Origin: Planctomycetota bacterium
GTDB taxonomy: Bacteria; Planctomycetota; PLA2; JAEUHO01
Assembly (NCBI GenBank): GCA_965222115.1
Contig: CBDCTJ010000007.1
Span: 320,001-384,000 of the forward strand
DNA: 64,000 bases
Direction: 5' to 3'
Shown here: positions 9,846 through 21,000 of the stretch, piece after piece
Numbering within the stretch: position 1 is the first letter of the stretch
Layout: each line of letters starts with the position of its first letter
Notes under the pieces: generated by a model
What the model was told of the DNA's origin: nothing
What the model saw: the letters and a program-made list of their open reading frames with translations, nothing else
Databases searched by the model: none
Program-made: the position numbers and the translations under genes

Positions 9846-10620
9846 TCTCCCTCCGCTGGTCACCCTGCACGGCTTTCTCGGAGATCCACACGACTTTGAC
9901 GAGGTGCTTACGCTGCTTCGCCAACGCACGTTGATCCCCGTCGAGCTGCCGGGCCACGGCGCGCATCCATGGTCCAACTATGTGCAGTCACTTGACGGCT
10001 GCTTAGACAACATTCGCTCCTCCATTGCACGTCAATGGGGCTCAAATCAACCGATGGATGTGTTGGCCTACAGCATGGGTGGACGCATGGCCCTCGAACT
10101 CTTGGCGAGGCGTGCATTGCCCTTTCGACGCGCGGTGTTGATTGGTGCGGGAACCGGATTCACGGATTCCAAGGCGAAGACCGACCGTTTGCGAATCGAC
10201 GAGGCACGCGCTGCGTCTCTTCGAACGGAGGGGCTCGACGCGTTTCTCAAGCGTTGGTACGCCCAACCGCTATTCGGGCAACTGCGCGAGACCGCGCAGT
10301 TCGCCGAGATGATGAGACGCCGCAGGAGCGGACACGCAAGCGCGCTGGCAGGCGCACTGATCGCCATGAGTCCCGCGCATCATGAGGATCTCGCGGGCCG
10401 ACTTTCGACGTGCGAAACCGACGTGTTGCTCGTTGCCGGGCGCGACGACTCGCGCTACATCGAAGCAAACGCCGCGCTTGCGAAACGCTGGCCCCGTGCG
10501 CGCACCGCGCTCGTCGATGACTGCGCGCACGCTCCGCATGTGGAGGCCCCGGTTGACACGGCTGAAATTGCGGAGGCGTTCTTGTCGGACGCAATACCTG
10601 AAGCGGGCGAGCAGAAGTAG
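9838..10620 (+). CDS. menH: SHCHC synthase (alpha/beta hydrolase)
   Basis: LHGFLG, LPGHG, YSMGG nucleophile elbow, WY.QPLF, catalytic His in AHAPH. Lies between menD and menB. Confidence 0.9.
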   Translation: MPNLPPLVTLHGFLGDPHDFDEVLTLLRQRTLIPVELPGHGAHPWSNYVQSLDGCLDNIRSSIARQWGSNQPMDVLAYSMGGRMALELLARRALPFRRAVLIGAGTGFTDSKAKTDRLRIDEARAASLRTEGLDAFLKRWYAQPLFGQLRETAQFAEMMRRRRSGHASALAGALIAMSPAHHEDLAGRLSTCETDVLLVAGRDDSRYIEANAALAKRWPRARTALVDDCAHAPHVEAPVDTAEIAEAFLSDAIPEAGEQK

Positions 10621-10681
10621 CCCCGCGACCGTTCGACGGGAGGATACGCGCGACCGCCGCATGGGCGTGTAGGAGCAGTCT

Positions 10682-11503
10682 ATGTCCGAGTTTTCGTGGA
10701 CGTCCGCCGAGACCTTTACCGACATTCGCTACGAGACGATGGATGGCATTGCCAAGATCACCATCAATCGACCCGAAGTTCGCAATAGCTTTCGCCCGCT
10801 GACGGTGACCGAGATGCGCAAAGCGCTCGACATCGCGCGCGATGATCCATCCATTGGCGTAATCATCTTTACCGGTGAAGGCAAAGACGCGTTCTGTGCC
10901 GGCGGCGACCAACGCATTCGCGGAGACGCGGGCTACAAAGATCACGATGGTACGCATCGACTGAACGTGCTCGACTTGCAACGAGAGATTAGGCGCTGCC
11001 CCAAGCCCGTGATCGCTATGGTGGCGGGCTATGCAATTGGCGGCGGCCACGTACTGCATGTGGTTTGCGATCTCACGATTGCGGCCGACAACGCGCGTTT
11101 CGGTCAAACCGGACCCAAAGTGGGGAGCTTTGACGGCGGCTACGGGTCGAGTTTTCTCGCGCGCATGGTGGGCCAAAAGAAGGCGCGCGAAATCTGGTTT
11201 CTTTGCCGACAGTATTCTGCGCAAGAAGCGCTCGAGATGGGCATGGTCAATACGGTCGTACCCTACGACCAGTTGGAGGCTGAAACGGTCAAGTGGTGCA
11301 AGGAGATTCTCCAGCACTCACCCCTTGCGATTCGCTGCCTAAAGTCGGCCATGAATGCAGACTGCGACGGCCAGGCGGGTCTTCAAGAGTTGGCCGGCAA
11401 TGCCACGCTCTTGTTTTACATGACCGAAGAAGGCCAAGAAGGACGCGACGCCTTCCTGCAAAAGCGCAAACCTGCGTTCAATAAGTTCCCCAAACGCCCA
11501 TGA
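10682..11503 (+). CDS. menB: 1,4-dihydroxy-2-naphthoyl-CoA synthase
   Basis: [52 protein letters not shown]. Confidence 0.98.
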   Translation: MSEFSWTSAETFTDIRYETMDGIAKITINRPEVRNSFRPLTVTEMRKALDIARDDPSIGVIIFTGEGKDAFCAGGDQRIRGDAGYKDHDGTHRLNVLDLQREIRRCPKPVIAMVAGYAIGGGHVLHVVCDLTIAADNARFGQTGPKVGSFDGGYGSSFLARMVGQKKAREIWFLCRQYSAQEALEMGMVNTVVPYDQLEAETVKWCKEILQHSPLAIRCLKSAMNADCDGQAGLQELAGNATLLFYMTEEGQEGRDAFLQKRKPAFNKFPKRP

Positions 11504-11523
11504 ACCGCGGCAGAAACTAACTT

Positions 11524-12408
11524 GTGCGAATCAAACCGGCCATTTGGATCGGCGCGGTGCGCCCCAAGACGCTACCCGCAGCCATCGCGCCGGTCTTGAT
11601 GGGTATGGCATTAGCTGCCCGCGACTCCGTGTTTCACCTCGGTGCCGCGTTGGCCGCTCTTGCGGGCGCCATTTGCATCCAGGTCGGAACCAACTTCGCA
11701 AACGACTACTTTGATCACAAGAAGGGCGCCGACACGGAAGCGCGCATCGGCCCCGCGCGAGCAACCGCCATGGGATGGGTCACACCCGACGCCATGAAAC
11801 GCGCAACCATCTTTGCGCTTTCGCTCGCGTTGTTGGCTGGTGTGTATCTGGTATGGCTGCGCGGATGGCCCATCGCGGGATTGGGACTCGTTTCGATCGC
11901 GTTGGCCGTGCTTTATACCGGTGGTCCCAAGCCGCTTGCGTATGTGGGTCTAGGCGACATCTTTGTGTTGTTGTTCTTTGGCCCAATCGCGGTGGCCGGT
12001 ACGTACTACGCACAGTCGGGCATCCTCGATCCCGCTTCGCTCGTCGCGGGCATTGCCCCCGGTTGCATTTCCACTGCACTGCTCACCGTCAACAACCTGC
12101 GTGACGCCGAGCAGGATCGAGCCAACGGAAAAATGACCCTTGCCGCGCGCTTTGGGCGCGACTTCGCTAAACGTGAATACGCACTTCTGATTATTGTCGC
12201 CGCCATGGTTCCCATCGCGATGATCGCCGCCTTCCATCACTCACGCTGGATGATGCTTGCGAGCCTGCCGAGTTTTCTTGCGTTGCCACTCGTTTTTCGG
12301 GTCGCGGCAGCAGCGCCCGGCGACGCGCTCGCAAGAGAACTCGCGAGCACAGGCAAGTTACTTGTGTTGTTCGCTCTAGTCTTTGGTGGCGTGTGTCTAT
12401 GGGCATAG
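11524..12408 (+). CDS. menA: 1,4-dihydroxy-2-naphthoate polyprenyltransferase
   Basis: RPKTLPAA, NFANDYFDHKKGAD, YTGGP.PLAY.GLGD, NNLRD..D...GK.TLA; multiple transmembrane helices. Confidence 0.96.
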   Translation: MRIKPAIWIGAVRPKTLPAAIAPVLMGMALAARDSVFHLGAALAALAGAICIQVGTNFANDYFDHKKGADTEARIGPARATAMGWVTPDAMKRATIFALSLALLAGVYLVWLRGWPIAGLGLVSIALAVLYTGGPKPLAYVGLGDIFVLLFFGPIAVAGTYYAQSGILDPASLVAGIAPGCISTALLTVNNLRDAEQDRANGKMTLAARFGRDFAKREYALLIIVAAMVPIAMIAAFHHSRWMMLASLPSFLALPLVFRVAAAAPGDALARELASTGKLLVLFALVFGGVCLWA

Positions 12409-14993
12409 AAAACGTTCTCAACAACAAGTTTCGCCCGTTGGAAGATTGGGTAACGTACGGCGCAGTTGTGGAGTTCCCCCTAGCGCGCCCTCTTGTGCTG
12501 GGCGAACGATTGGTGCATCACCATCGGATCGGCATATGCATGGTTGAACACGGCCATCGCATTGGTGGGGCCGATGTTGTGGGCAACCTCGGTATTGGCT
12601 TTGGCGAACACGCTGCCGACGATCCCGACGTTCGTGCGGCCGACGAGGTCCGAGAGTATCCTCCAGGGCCCATGTCGGTCTTTGCTCAGGCGAGCGACCA
12701 CACCTGGGACCGCTTCGTGCCACTTGTGGACAAAGAACAAAGCGACCTGACGCACTCGGAACGCTGTATGTGGGAGATGATGTTCCTGCACCTCGTTGCC
12801 GACGAAGCGGGTGTGGCCCCAGCGCACCTGCTCACCGACACGCCTCGCGAATCGGTGCCGATCAATAGTCTCTTTGAAGGCGACGTGAACGACCTACAGA
12901 GAGCGCTCGATGCGGGCGAGTTCACCAACGATCCATGCATCAAGATCAAGATTGGCCGCAGAAGCGTGACCGACGATCGCGCGGTACTCGATCTCTTACA
13001 CAACGAGCTTGCGAACAACGTCATGCTGCGACTTGACGGCAATCGCATGCTCACGAGCAAAGAAATAGCAGAGTTACTGAAAGGGTTTCCGCGTGAGCGC
13101 ATTGAGTACTTGGAAGAGCCACTTAAGGATCCGCATGCATTGCCCGCTCTGGCAAGCCAGCTTAACGTAGCGATCGCCCTGGATGAATCCCTACACGATG
13201 CGACTCTCAAGGCGCTTCAAACCGCCGAAGGCATAACGACGTGGATACTAAAACCCGCAAGACTGGGCGGGTTCTCGGCACTCAAGAAGTGGGACACGCG
13301 CGCGGCCGCGGAGGGACGCCACGTTGTCGTGAGTTCGTGTTTCGAGTCACCGCTTGGCCTTTCCATGCAGGCTCAGTGGGCGGCGGCGCTTGATACGCAC
13401 GTCGGCGCCGCGGGACTGGCAACGGATCGCTGGTTTCTGCGCGACGCATTGCCCAAGGTCTACGACTCACGAGCCGGGCATATCGTTACGGATAACTGGC
13501 AGTCAACGCCCAACGTAGAGTGGTTAGAACGCGTCGAACTCGTCCCGTGGCGCTGCAAGTCTCCCGCCCGGCGAAAACGTGATGGCCTCGTGGATCGCTT
13601 TCTGTTCAGCGACGATACGCGTTATCGAACCACACGGCGACGGCGGCGTGTCAATGCGTACCTACGCACGGTGAAGCGATCCCAGCATCGGTCGCCATTA
13701 ATGAACATACACGCTGGCGACATCGTCGCGATTCAACTCGACGATCCAGCACGCATGCTCGCGGCCATGTTGTCGGTCATATATGCCGGGGGACTTGCGC
13801 TTCCTCTACCGGACCGCAATCCGTCGGTTTTGACGCGCGACTACCTCGATCGCGGCGGTGTCTCGTGGCTACTCGACGCAAACGGCCTTTGCAAACGAGA
13901 GCTCCCGAAGACGCTGCGACCCACGCTTCCAGATTTGGCCGCGTTCGTAGTGGCTACATCGGGGAGTAGCGGCATGCCCAAGTTCGTCGTCCACGGGCTG
14001 CCAGGCCTCCGAGATGCGGCATGGTGGCCCTCGCAGTTGGCAGCAGATCCGCCCCGTCATGAACAACCGCGCTGGCTGCTATCGCTTCCGCTACACCACA
14101 TGGGCGGACTCATGATCGCCTTACGCGCACTCTTTGGCATGGGCCAAATCGATATCAAACCACGCGAGATGCCTTTGCTCGACGCACTTGAGCACTTTGA
14201 GCCGTCGTGGATTTCGCTGGTCCCAACGCAGTTGCGCCGACTGATGAGTGCGCCAGGCGGAAGTGACGCACTCGCGAAGTGCGATGGCGTATTGCTAGGG
14301 GGTGGCCCGTCGTCGCTCGCCTTACGACGTGAGGCATTGGCACGTGACATTCCATTGATGGTGAGTTACGGCGCGACGGAGACGGCCGCCATGGTTGCGT
14401 CGAGCCGCAATCCCAAGCATGTGTTGCATCCCACATGCGCAGGCACGCCGAATCTCAGTCGCTGGTTTCGATGTGCCCGTGATGGCGAGATTCTCGTTGG
14501 TGGAGATGGCCTCGCGTTGGGCGTAGTTGAAGACGGTCACATGAAAGATTTCTTTCAACCACCTCGCTCGTTCGAAGAGCGCACGCTGGGCTCGGGGATG
14601 TACGCAACAGGCGACGTCGGACGCGTGGAAGATGACGTGCTCTACGTCGAGGGACGCAAAGACCGCATGTTCATCAGCGGCGGCGAGAACATTCACCCGG
14701 AAACGATCGAACGCGCGCTCATGGAACACCCCCACGTGCTTTCTTGTGTTGTCGTTGACATGCCGCATGAGGAGTTTGGTGCGCGGCCCGTGGCATTTGT
14801 TGATTCAACGAATTCCGAACTCAACGCGGCCACACTTGAAGCATTCTTGCGCGACTCCCTGCCCGGCTTTCTCGTGCCGGATGCGTTCTACGCGACATCC
14901 GACGCCATGCGGAGTGCCATCAAGCTCTCGCCCACAAAGGCGAAGGCACACCTGCATAATGAGAAAACGCGTCGAGCGCTTCGCCCCCTATGA
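12399..14993 (+). CDS. menCE: Fused o-succinylbenzoate synthase (MenC) / o-succinylbenzoate-CoA ligase (MenE)
   Basis: N-half enolase-family motifs KIKIG, LRLDGN, YLEEP, ALDES, ILKP, VVSSCFES. C-half ATSGSSGMPK, LPLHHMGG, SLVPTQL, SYGATE, TGD, GRKDRMFISGGENIHP. One uninterrupted frame. Confidence 0.9.
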   Translation: MGIENVLNNKFRPLEDWVTYGAVVEFPLARPLVLGERLVHHHRIGICMVEHGHRIGGADVVGNLGIGFGEHAADDPDVRAADEVREYPPGPMSVFAQASDHTWDRFVPLVDKEQSDLTHSERCMWEMMFLHLVADEAGVAPAHLLTDTPRESVPINSLFEGDVNDLQRALDAGEFTNDPCIKIKIGRRSVTDDRAVLDLLHNELANNVMLRLDGNRMLTSKEIAELLKGFPRERIEYLEEPLKDPHALPALASQLNVAIALDESLHDATLKALQTAEGITTWILKPARLGGFSALKKWDTRAAAEGRHVVVSSCFESPLGLSMQAQWAAALDTHVGAAGLATDRWFLRDALPKVYDSRAGHIVTDNWQSTPNVEWLERVELVPWRCKSPARRKRDGLVDRFLFSDDTRYRTTRRRRRVNAYLRTVKRSQHRSPLMNIHAGDIVAIQLDDPARMLAAMLSVIYAGGLALPLPDRNPSVLTRDYLDRGGVSWLLDANGLCKRELPKTLRPTLPDLAAFVVATSGSSGMPKFVVHGLPGLRDAAWWPSQLAADPPRHEQPRWLLSLPLHHMGGLMIALRALFGMGQIDIKPREMPLLDALEHFEPSWISLVPTQLRRLMSAPGGSDALAKCDGVLLGGGPSSLALRREALARDIPLMVSYGATETAAMVASSRNPKHVLHPTCAGTPNLSRWFRCARDGEILVGGDGLALGVVEDGHMKDFFQPPRSFEERTLGSGMYATGDVGRVEDDVLYVEGRKDRMFISGGENIHPETIERALMEHPHVLSCVVVDMPHEEFGARPVAFVDSTNSELNAATLEAFLRDSLPGFLVPDAFYATSDAMRSAIKLSPTKAKAHLHNEKTRRALRPL

Positions 14994-15428
14994 CGCGTCA
15001 CCTTCCAGATGCTTGCCAAGTGCCTTGGAAAGCGTCTCTGGAAGCCGCACGGCCGACTTGCTGGGGACATCCGCGCTGGCGTGTACGGTTGTAATGCTTG
15101 CCACGGGTACTTCGCGCGCCTCCGGATTGTGTTGACTGCGTACCCGACGAATCAGGTAGGCCAATGTGAATGAGCCCGCACTGACGCGCGCCACCGACAC
15201 GTCCACTTCCACGTCGTCGCCCATTCGAAGGGGCTGTCGATAGTCGGCTTCCACATGCACGAGCGGGAACGCGATGGTTGACGTGTGGAGCTCCGGCTTG
15301 AGCGCGTGTCCGATCGAGGCCATGAACTCTTCGAAGGCCACGTGGGCCAGATCGAAATAGCGTGCAAAAAACATCACCCCAGCAGCATCGGTTTGACCGA
15401 GACGAATGGTGGATTCACAGGTGTACAC
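14988..15428 (-). CDS. Hotdog-fold acyl-CoA thioesterase, probable DHNA-CoA hydrolase (MenI function)
   Basis: TDAAGVMFFA 4HBT-type motif. Convergent with and overlapping the menCE end. Confidence 0.8.
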   Translation of the reverse strand: MYTCESTIRLGQTDAAGVMFFARYFDLAHVAFEEFMASIGHALKPELHTSTIAFPLVHVEADYRQPLRMGDDVEVDVSVARVSAGSFTLAYLIRRVRSQHNPEAREVPVASITTVHASADVPSKSAVRLPETLSKALGKHLEGDAS

Positions 15429-15468
15429 GCGCTTCTCCTCGAAGTGGATACCGGGATACTATCGCGCC

Positions 15469-16935
15469 ATGACCTCGCTCATCGTTCCCCTTCCTGCCCG
15501 CGGCAAATCGTCAACGCCGCCTCTCATTGTCACTCGCCCCTTTGATGGCAAGGATATCGCCGACGTGGAGACCGTCAGCGTGGCGCGCATGAACGACGTC
15601 TTCGACGCGGCACAGGCCCGCTATCGAGACCGAGCATCTTGGCTGCCCGCCCACGAACGTGCGCGCATCCTGCGTGACGTGTCCCGCATACTTGCGAATA
15701 GCGATGGCACGCTCGCGCGTCTTGGAGAACGCCTGGCCAATGAAGCCACGGATGAAGGCAGCAAACCGATTGCCGACTCGCGCGCCGAGGTGTTGCGGGC
15801 TGCGGAGACGCTGCAAGGCTGTGCGGATGTCCTACGCACGTGGGGCGGTCGCGAGATTCCCATGGATCTCAATGAGACGGGCGAAGGACATCTTGCGTTT
15901 ACACGACGAGAACCCATCGGTGTGGTACTCGCGTTTAGCGCATTCAATCACCCGGTCAATCTTGTCGCGCATCAAGTCGGTGCGGCGATCGCTGCCGGTT
16001 GTCCCATCGTTTTGAAACCCGCCGAGGCCACGCCGCTATCCGCGCTTATGCTGACGAAGCGGATTCATGAAGCGGGGTTGCCTCGTGATTTGTTGCAAGT
16101 GGTGTGCGTCTCCGACTTGAGCGTTGCCGAAGCCATGGTGCGCGATCCGCGCGTTGACTACTTTTCATTCATTGGCAGCGCCGATGTGGGGTGGCGACTG
16201 CGTTCGTTGGTCGCGCCCGGCACGCGTTGCGCATTCGAACACGGCGGCGCGGCGCCTGTCATCGTTTGTGAGGATGCCGATCTTTCGCCGGCACTCGACG
16301 GATTGGCGAAGGCTGCCTTCTATCACGCGGGTCAAGTATGCGTGTCGGTTCAGAACATCTTTTGTCACGCCTCGCGCATAAAGGAACTCGTGCAGGGTGT
16401 CGTTGCGCGCGCCAACAAGATGAAGTTTGGCAATCCGTTCAAGAACTCAACGCGTGTGGGCCCCATGATTCGTCCGCGCGATCATCAACGCGTGATGACG
16501 TGGATTGACGACGCAGTTCAAGCAGGGGCAACGCGTCGATGTGGAGAACGCGCGGTCCCCGAAACATGCATCGCACCTACCGTGCTCGAATGGCCCGCGC
16601 CGCCAAGCGAGCGACTGTTTAGTGAGCTGTTTGGCCCAGTCGTCAACGTGGTTCCATTTGACGACCTAAACGACGCATTTCGTTGGGCGGACATGGGCCC
16701 GTACGCATTCCAAACGTCTGTCTTTACGGCATCCACAAACACCGCGATGCGCGCGGTTCATGAACTTGACGCGGCAACGGTGCTCGTCAATCAACACACA
16801 GCGTTTCGCGTGGACTGGATGCCGTTCGCCGGTCGCAGGCAGTCCGGCCTCGGCACCGGGGGCATGCGCTACGCCATGGAAGAGATGTCTCACGAGAAGC
16901 TCGTGGTGCTCGCCACGCAAAACCATCGTCATTGA
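15469..16935 (+). CDS. Aldehyde dehydrogenase family protein
   Basis: AFNHPVNL, LKPAEATP, FIGS, EHGGAAP, catalytic GQVCVS, ELFGPV, MPFAGRRQSG. Confidence 0.93.
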   Translation: MTSLIVPLPARGKSSTPPLIVTRPFDGKDIADVETVSVARMNDVFDAAQARYRDRASWLPAHERARILRDVSRILANSDGTLARLGERLANEATDEGSKPIADSRAEVLRAAETLQGCADVLRTWGGREIPMDLNETGEGHLAFTRREPIGVVLAFSAFNHPVNLVAHQVGAAIAAGCPIVLKPAEATPLSALMLTKRIHEAGLPRDLLQVVCVSDLSVAEAMVRDPRVDYFSFIGSADVGWRLRSLVAPGTRCAFEHGGAAPVIVCEDADLSPALDGLAKAAFYHAGQVCVSVQNIFCHASRIKELVQGVVARANKMKFGNPFKNSTRVGPMIRPRDHQRVMTWIDDAVQAGATRRCGERAVPETCIAPTVLEWPAPPSERLFSELFGPVVNVVPFDDLNDAFRWADMGPYAFQTSVFTASTNTAMRAVHELDAATVLVNQHTAFRVDWMPFAGRRQSGLGTGGMRYAMEEMSHEKLVVLATQNHRH

Positions 16936-17174
16936 CCGCATCAATTCGGCCAATTATGAGTGTCATGGAACCCAGTGAATCGGGCGCGCGTCCCTATTGG
17001 TTGCCGCACCCTACGGCCCCGAACGATTCCTGGGAACGATGGTCCCAAGACGCTCGGCGGTGAGTCCGACCCGGGCTCCCATCTGTGATAGGGTGCGTTT
17101 CTCGCCCGACTGCGGGCACTTCCCTCCCGCTCGCATCGATTTTGGACGAGCACCGTTTATTGGAGTTTCTCTCT

Positions 17175-17759
17175 ATGAAGAAGTTTGCTGCACTTTCACT
17201 TGCCCTCGTGTTTTCGTTCGGCGTTGTGTCGATTGTGACCGCCGAAGAGGCGCCCACCGCGGCGCCGGAAAAGACCGACACGAAGGCGCCTGCAAAAATG
17301 GCCGAGAAGAAGGCCGACACCAAGACGACCGAAGCCAAGGCTGCTCCCATGCACCCCGGCATGACCATGTTCAAGTGGGTTGCCAAGCAAGTCACCGGTA
17401 AGGACTGCAGTGACTGCTGCCCGGGCTCGGAAAAGGGCTCCGTAGCATGGACCAAGTGGTTCGAAGGTGGCAAGGACGTCCCCCTTGCCGGTCTTCGCGA
17501 TGCCTTCGTCGCCGACGGTTGGACGGCAACCAAGTTCGTTGGCTTCTTCAAGGAAATGGCTGCGAAGAAGGCCTCGGGCGATTGCTCCGACTGCAAAGAC
17601 TGCTCGGACTGCAAAGATTGCGACAGCAAGGCTGGCGCTACGTCAAAGGTCCCCACTGGTGACGCTGCCCCCGCTGGCGATGCGAGCAAGAAGGGTTGCT
17701 GCGGTGGCTGCAAGGGCAAAGCCAAGAAGGATGCCCCCGCTGAGAAACCCACTTCCTAA
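17175..17759 (+). CDS. Secreted Lys/Ala-rich protein with CxxC clusters
   Basis: Signal peptide MKKFAALSLALVFSFGVVSIVTA|E. Cys motifs DCSDCC, DCSDCKDCSDCKDC, GCCGGC. GGAG RBS upstream and a terminator downstream. Confidence 0.8.
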   Translation: MKKFAALSLALVFSFGVVSIVTAEEAPTAAPEKTDTKAPAKMAEKKADTKTTEAKAAPMHPGMTMFKWVAKQVTGKDCSDCCPGSEKGSVAWTKWFEGGKDVPLAGLRDAFVADGWTATKFVGFFKEMAAKKASGDCSDCKDCSDCKDCDSKAGATSKVPTGDAAPAGDASKKGCCGGCKGKAKKDAPAEKPTS

Positions 17760-17840
17760 GTACGTCTTCCGCATATAGGACGGCCCACGCGATGTGACCC
17801 ATCAACGATCACCTCGCACGCCGCCCGCGACAAACACTTC

Positions 17841-17883
17841 GCGCCGCGATCTGCACCCGCAGGTCGCGGCGCGTGTCATTTTT
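17841..17883 (+). terminator. Rho-independent terminator
   Basis: 14-bp stem GCGCCGCGATCTGC / GCAGGTCGCGGCGC (one G-U pair), 4-nt loop, followed by GTGTCATTTTT. Confidence 0.7.
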
Positions 17884-18026
17884 GCCCATCAGAGTGATAA
17901 GGTGCTTGTTTGGATGCGGTGCGACCGCAACGACGCGTAGAGGCGAATTACATGGGGAGAGGTGGTAGCGTACGCATATCGGAGTGCCGAGTCGCCCATC
18001 GAATCAAGCCTGAGGACCCCCCGGAC

Positions 18027-21000
18027 ATGCCCACGAAAGCGATGAGCACCTCCCGGTCGGCCTCGGCGCAGGGCCACAAAAACGGGGACGCGCCCTACGA
18101 ACCACGCCACGTCATCCGTCTCGTGACGGCTGCCTCACTCTTTGATGGACACGACGTGGCCATCAACATCATGCGGCGCATCTTGCAAGCGTCGGGCGCC
18201 GAGGTCATTCACCTCGGTCACAATCGCTCCGTGGGAGAGATTGTGGACTGCGCCATACAAGAAGATGCGCAGGGCATCGCCATTACGTCCTATCAAGGCG
18301 GACACGTCGAGTACTTGAAGTACATGTACGACCTCTTGAAGGAGCGAGGCGCCGACATCAAGATCTTCGCAGGCGGCGGTGGCACCATTCTCCCCAGCGA
18401 AGCCGATGAACTGCACGCCTACGGCATCGCACGTGTGTATTCACCCGACGATGGCCGTGCGATGGGCCTCCAGGGCATGATCAACGATCTCTTGGAGCGT
18501 TGCGATCGACCCACGACATCGCCCACGCTACTTGACGAGAAACCGTCGCTTCCCCTGGAGACATCGCAACAGATCGCACGCTTGATTTCTCTGGCGGAAA
18601 CGTTCCCCGAGACTGCCCCGACCATCATGAAGAAGCTCCAGCCGCGTGTGGACGCGAACACGGTACCCGTACTTGGCATCACGGGCACCGGTGGCGCCGG
18701 AAAGTCGAGCCTCACCGACGAACTCGTGCGGCGTTTCCTGCGCGACATGAGTGAGATGCGCATCGCCATCATTTCGGTGGATCCGTCCAAGCGAAAGTCG
18801 GGTGGTGCGTTGCTCGGCGATCGCATTCGCATGAATTCGATCGATACGCCGCGCGTGTACATGCGTTCCCTTGCCACGCGTCAGGCCAATTTGTCGGTCA
18901 GCAAACATGTGCGCACCGCCATTCATATCGCGAAAGCCGCCGGCTACGATCTCGTCATCGTTGAGACATCGGGGATCGGCCAATCCGATACCGAGATCGT
19001 GGATCACTCCGACGTCGCGCTCTACGTCATGACCGCCGACTACGGCGCCGCCACACAGCTCGAAAAGATCGACATGCTCGACTACGCCGACGTCGTTGCG
19101 ATCAACAAGTTCGACAAGTCCGGATCCCTCGACGCGCTGCGCGACGTGCGCAAGCAGTACAAGCGCAACCACAAACTCTTCGACGCAAGCGACGACGATC
19201 TACCGATTCACGGCACGATCGCGTCGCGCTTCAACGACCGCGGCACCCACGACCTCTACCGCGCAGTAGTCAACGCCATTACGCACGAAACGGGCGTCAC
19301 GTTTACGCCCAGTGCCTCGCCGCGACCCTCAGACGATCATTCACGCCACATTATCGCGCCCAAGCGCGTGCGCTATCTAGCCGAGATTGTGGAGGCGAGC
19401 GAAACCTACGACGCCTTCGTTGACGAGCAGGCAGCGTTGGCTCAAGAACTCTACCAACTGGCCGGCACCATCGATGCGCTCCGAGAACTCGACAAGGACG
19501 CGCCTCGCCTCACCGATGGCGATCACGATCATCCCGTTGAGCCGCAGACTGACGATTCCGGCGATGTCATGTCGCTGGTGCGTCGCTACAACGAGCGCTG
19601 GACGCGGCTCCATCCCGAGTGCCAAGAGCTAGTCGCCGGATGGCCCAAGCAACGCGCGCGCTACGAGGCCGAGCACTACGAGTTTCAAGTGCGCGGCAAG
19701 ACGCTGCGGCAAGATCTGTTTACAACATCGCTCTCGGGGCTACGCATTCCGCGAGTAAGCCTTCCCACGTACACGGCCTGGGGCGACTTGCTTCGGTGGA
19801 TGTTGACAGAAAACGTTCCGGGCTCGTTTCCCTACGCGGCGGGCTCCTTTCCGCTGAAGCGTCGCGGCGAAGATCCCGCCCGAATGTTTGCGGGCGAAGG
19901 TGGGCCGGAGCGCACGAACCGCCGCTTCCACTACGTTTCGCAGGGCATGCCCGCCAAGCGCTTGTCCACGGCTTTCGATAGTGTCACGCTCTACGGCGAA
20001 GATCCCGATCACCGCCCCGACATCTTTGGCAAGGTCGGTAATAGTGGTGTGAGCGTGGCCACGGTAGACGACGCGAAGAAACTCTACTCGGGCTTCGATT
20101 TGGCCGACCCCAAGACGTCAGTCTCGATGACCATCAACGGCCCGGCGCCGATCATCCTCGGCTTCTTTATGAATGCCGCAGTCGATCAAGGATGCGAACG
20201 CTACATTCACGAGCAAGGCAAGACGCGCGAAATCAACGAGGCCATCGACACGATGTTCGCCGATCGCGGTCTGCCGCGCCCCACCTATCGCGGTGAACTA
20301 CCGCCCGGCAACGACGGGTTGGGCACCATGTTGCTTGGCGTGAGCGGCGACGAGGTGTTGCCTCGCGAAACCTACGAACGCATCAAGGCAGAGACCTTGT
20401 CACGCGTTCGGGGCACTGTACAAGCCGACATCTTAAAAGAGGACCAAGCCCAAAACACATGCATCTTTAGCACCGAGTTTGCGCTGCGCATGATGGGCGA
20501 TGTGCAGCAGTACTTCATTAACAACAAGATTCGCAACTTCTACTCGGTGAGCATCTCCGGCTATCACATTGCGGAAGCAGGCGCCAACCCCATTACCCAG
20601 TTGGCCTTCACGCTCTCCAACGGCTTTACGTTCGTTGAGTACTACCTCTCGCGCGGCATGGCGATCGACGACTTCGCGCCCAATCTCTCGTTCTTCTTCA
20701 GCAACGGTCTGGATCCCGAGTACAGCGTGATCGGTCGGGTTGCGCGGCGCATTTGGGCCAAAGCCATGAAGCACCGCTACGGCGGTAGTGCCCGGTCACA
20801 GAAACTCAAGTATCACATCCAGACATCGGGCCGCAGTCTCCATGCGCAAGAAATTGCATTCAACGACATTCGCACGACATTGCAGGCGCTCTACGCGCTC
20901 TACGACAACTGCAACTCGCTCCATACCAACGCCTACGACGAGGCCATCACGACGCCCACCGAAGAAAGCGTGCGCCGCGCGCTCGCCATTCAACTCATTA

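Noticed and set aside
10247-11317. Long antisense ORFs over menB and other core genes (also 20796-21560, 50487-51527, 57339-58337)
   Set aside because: Expected shadow frames in GC-rich coding DNA, with no motifs of their own.
17579-17621. Multiheme cytochrome or ferredoxin motif
   Set aside because: No CxxCH and no CxxCxxCxxxCP pattern.
16994-17752. 252-aa minus-strand ORF with QSLQSE repeats
   Set aside because: Antisense to the Cys-rich secreted protein, which has the RBS, signal peptide and terminator.
16936-18026. Cobalamin riboswitch ahead of the mutase operon
   Set aside because: No recognisable B12-box or conserved core by eye; an Infernal search is needed to exclude it fully.
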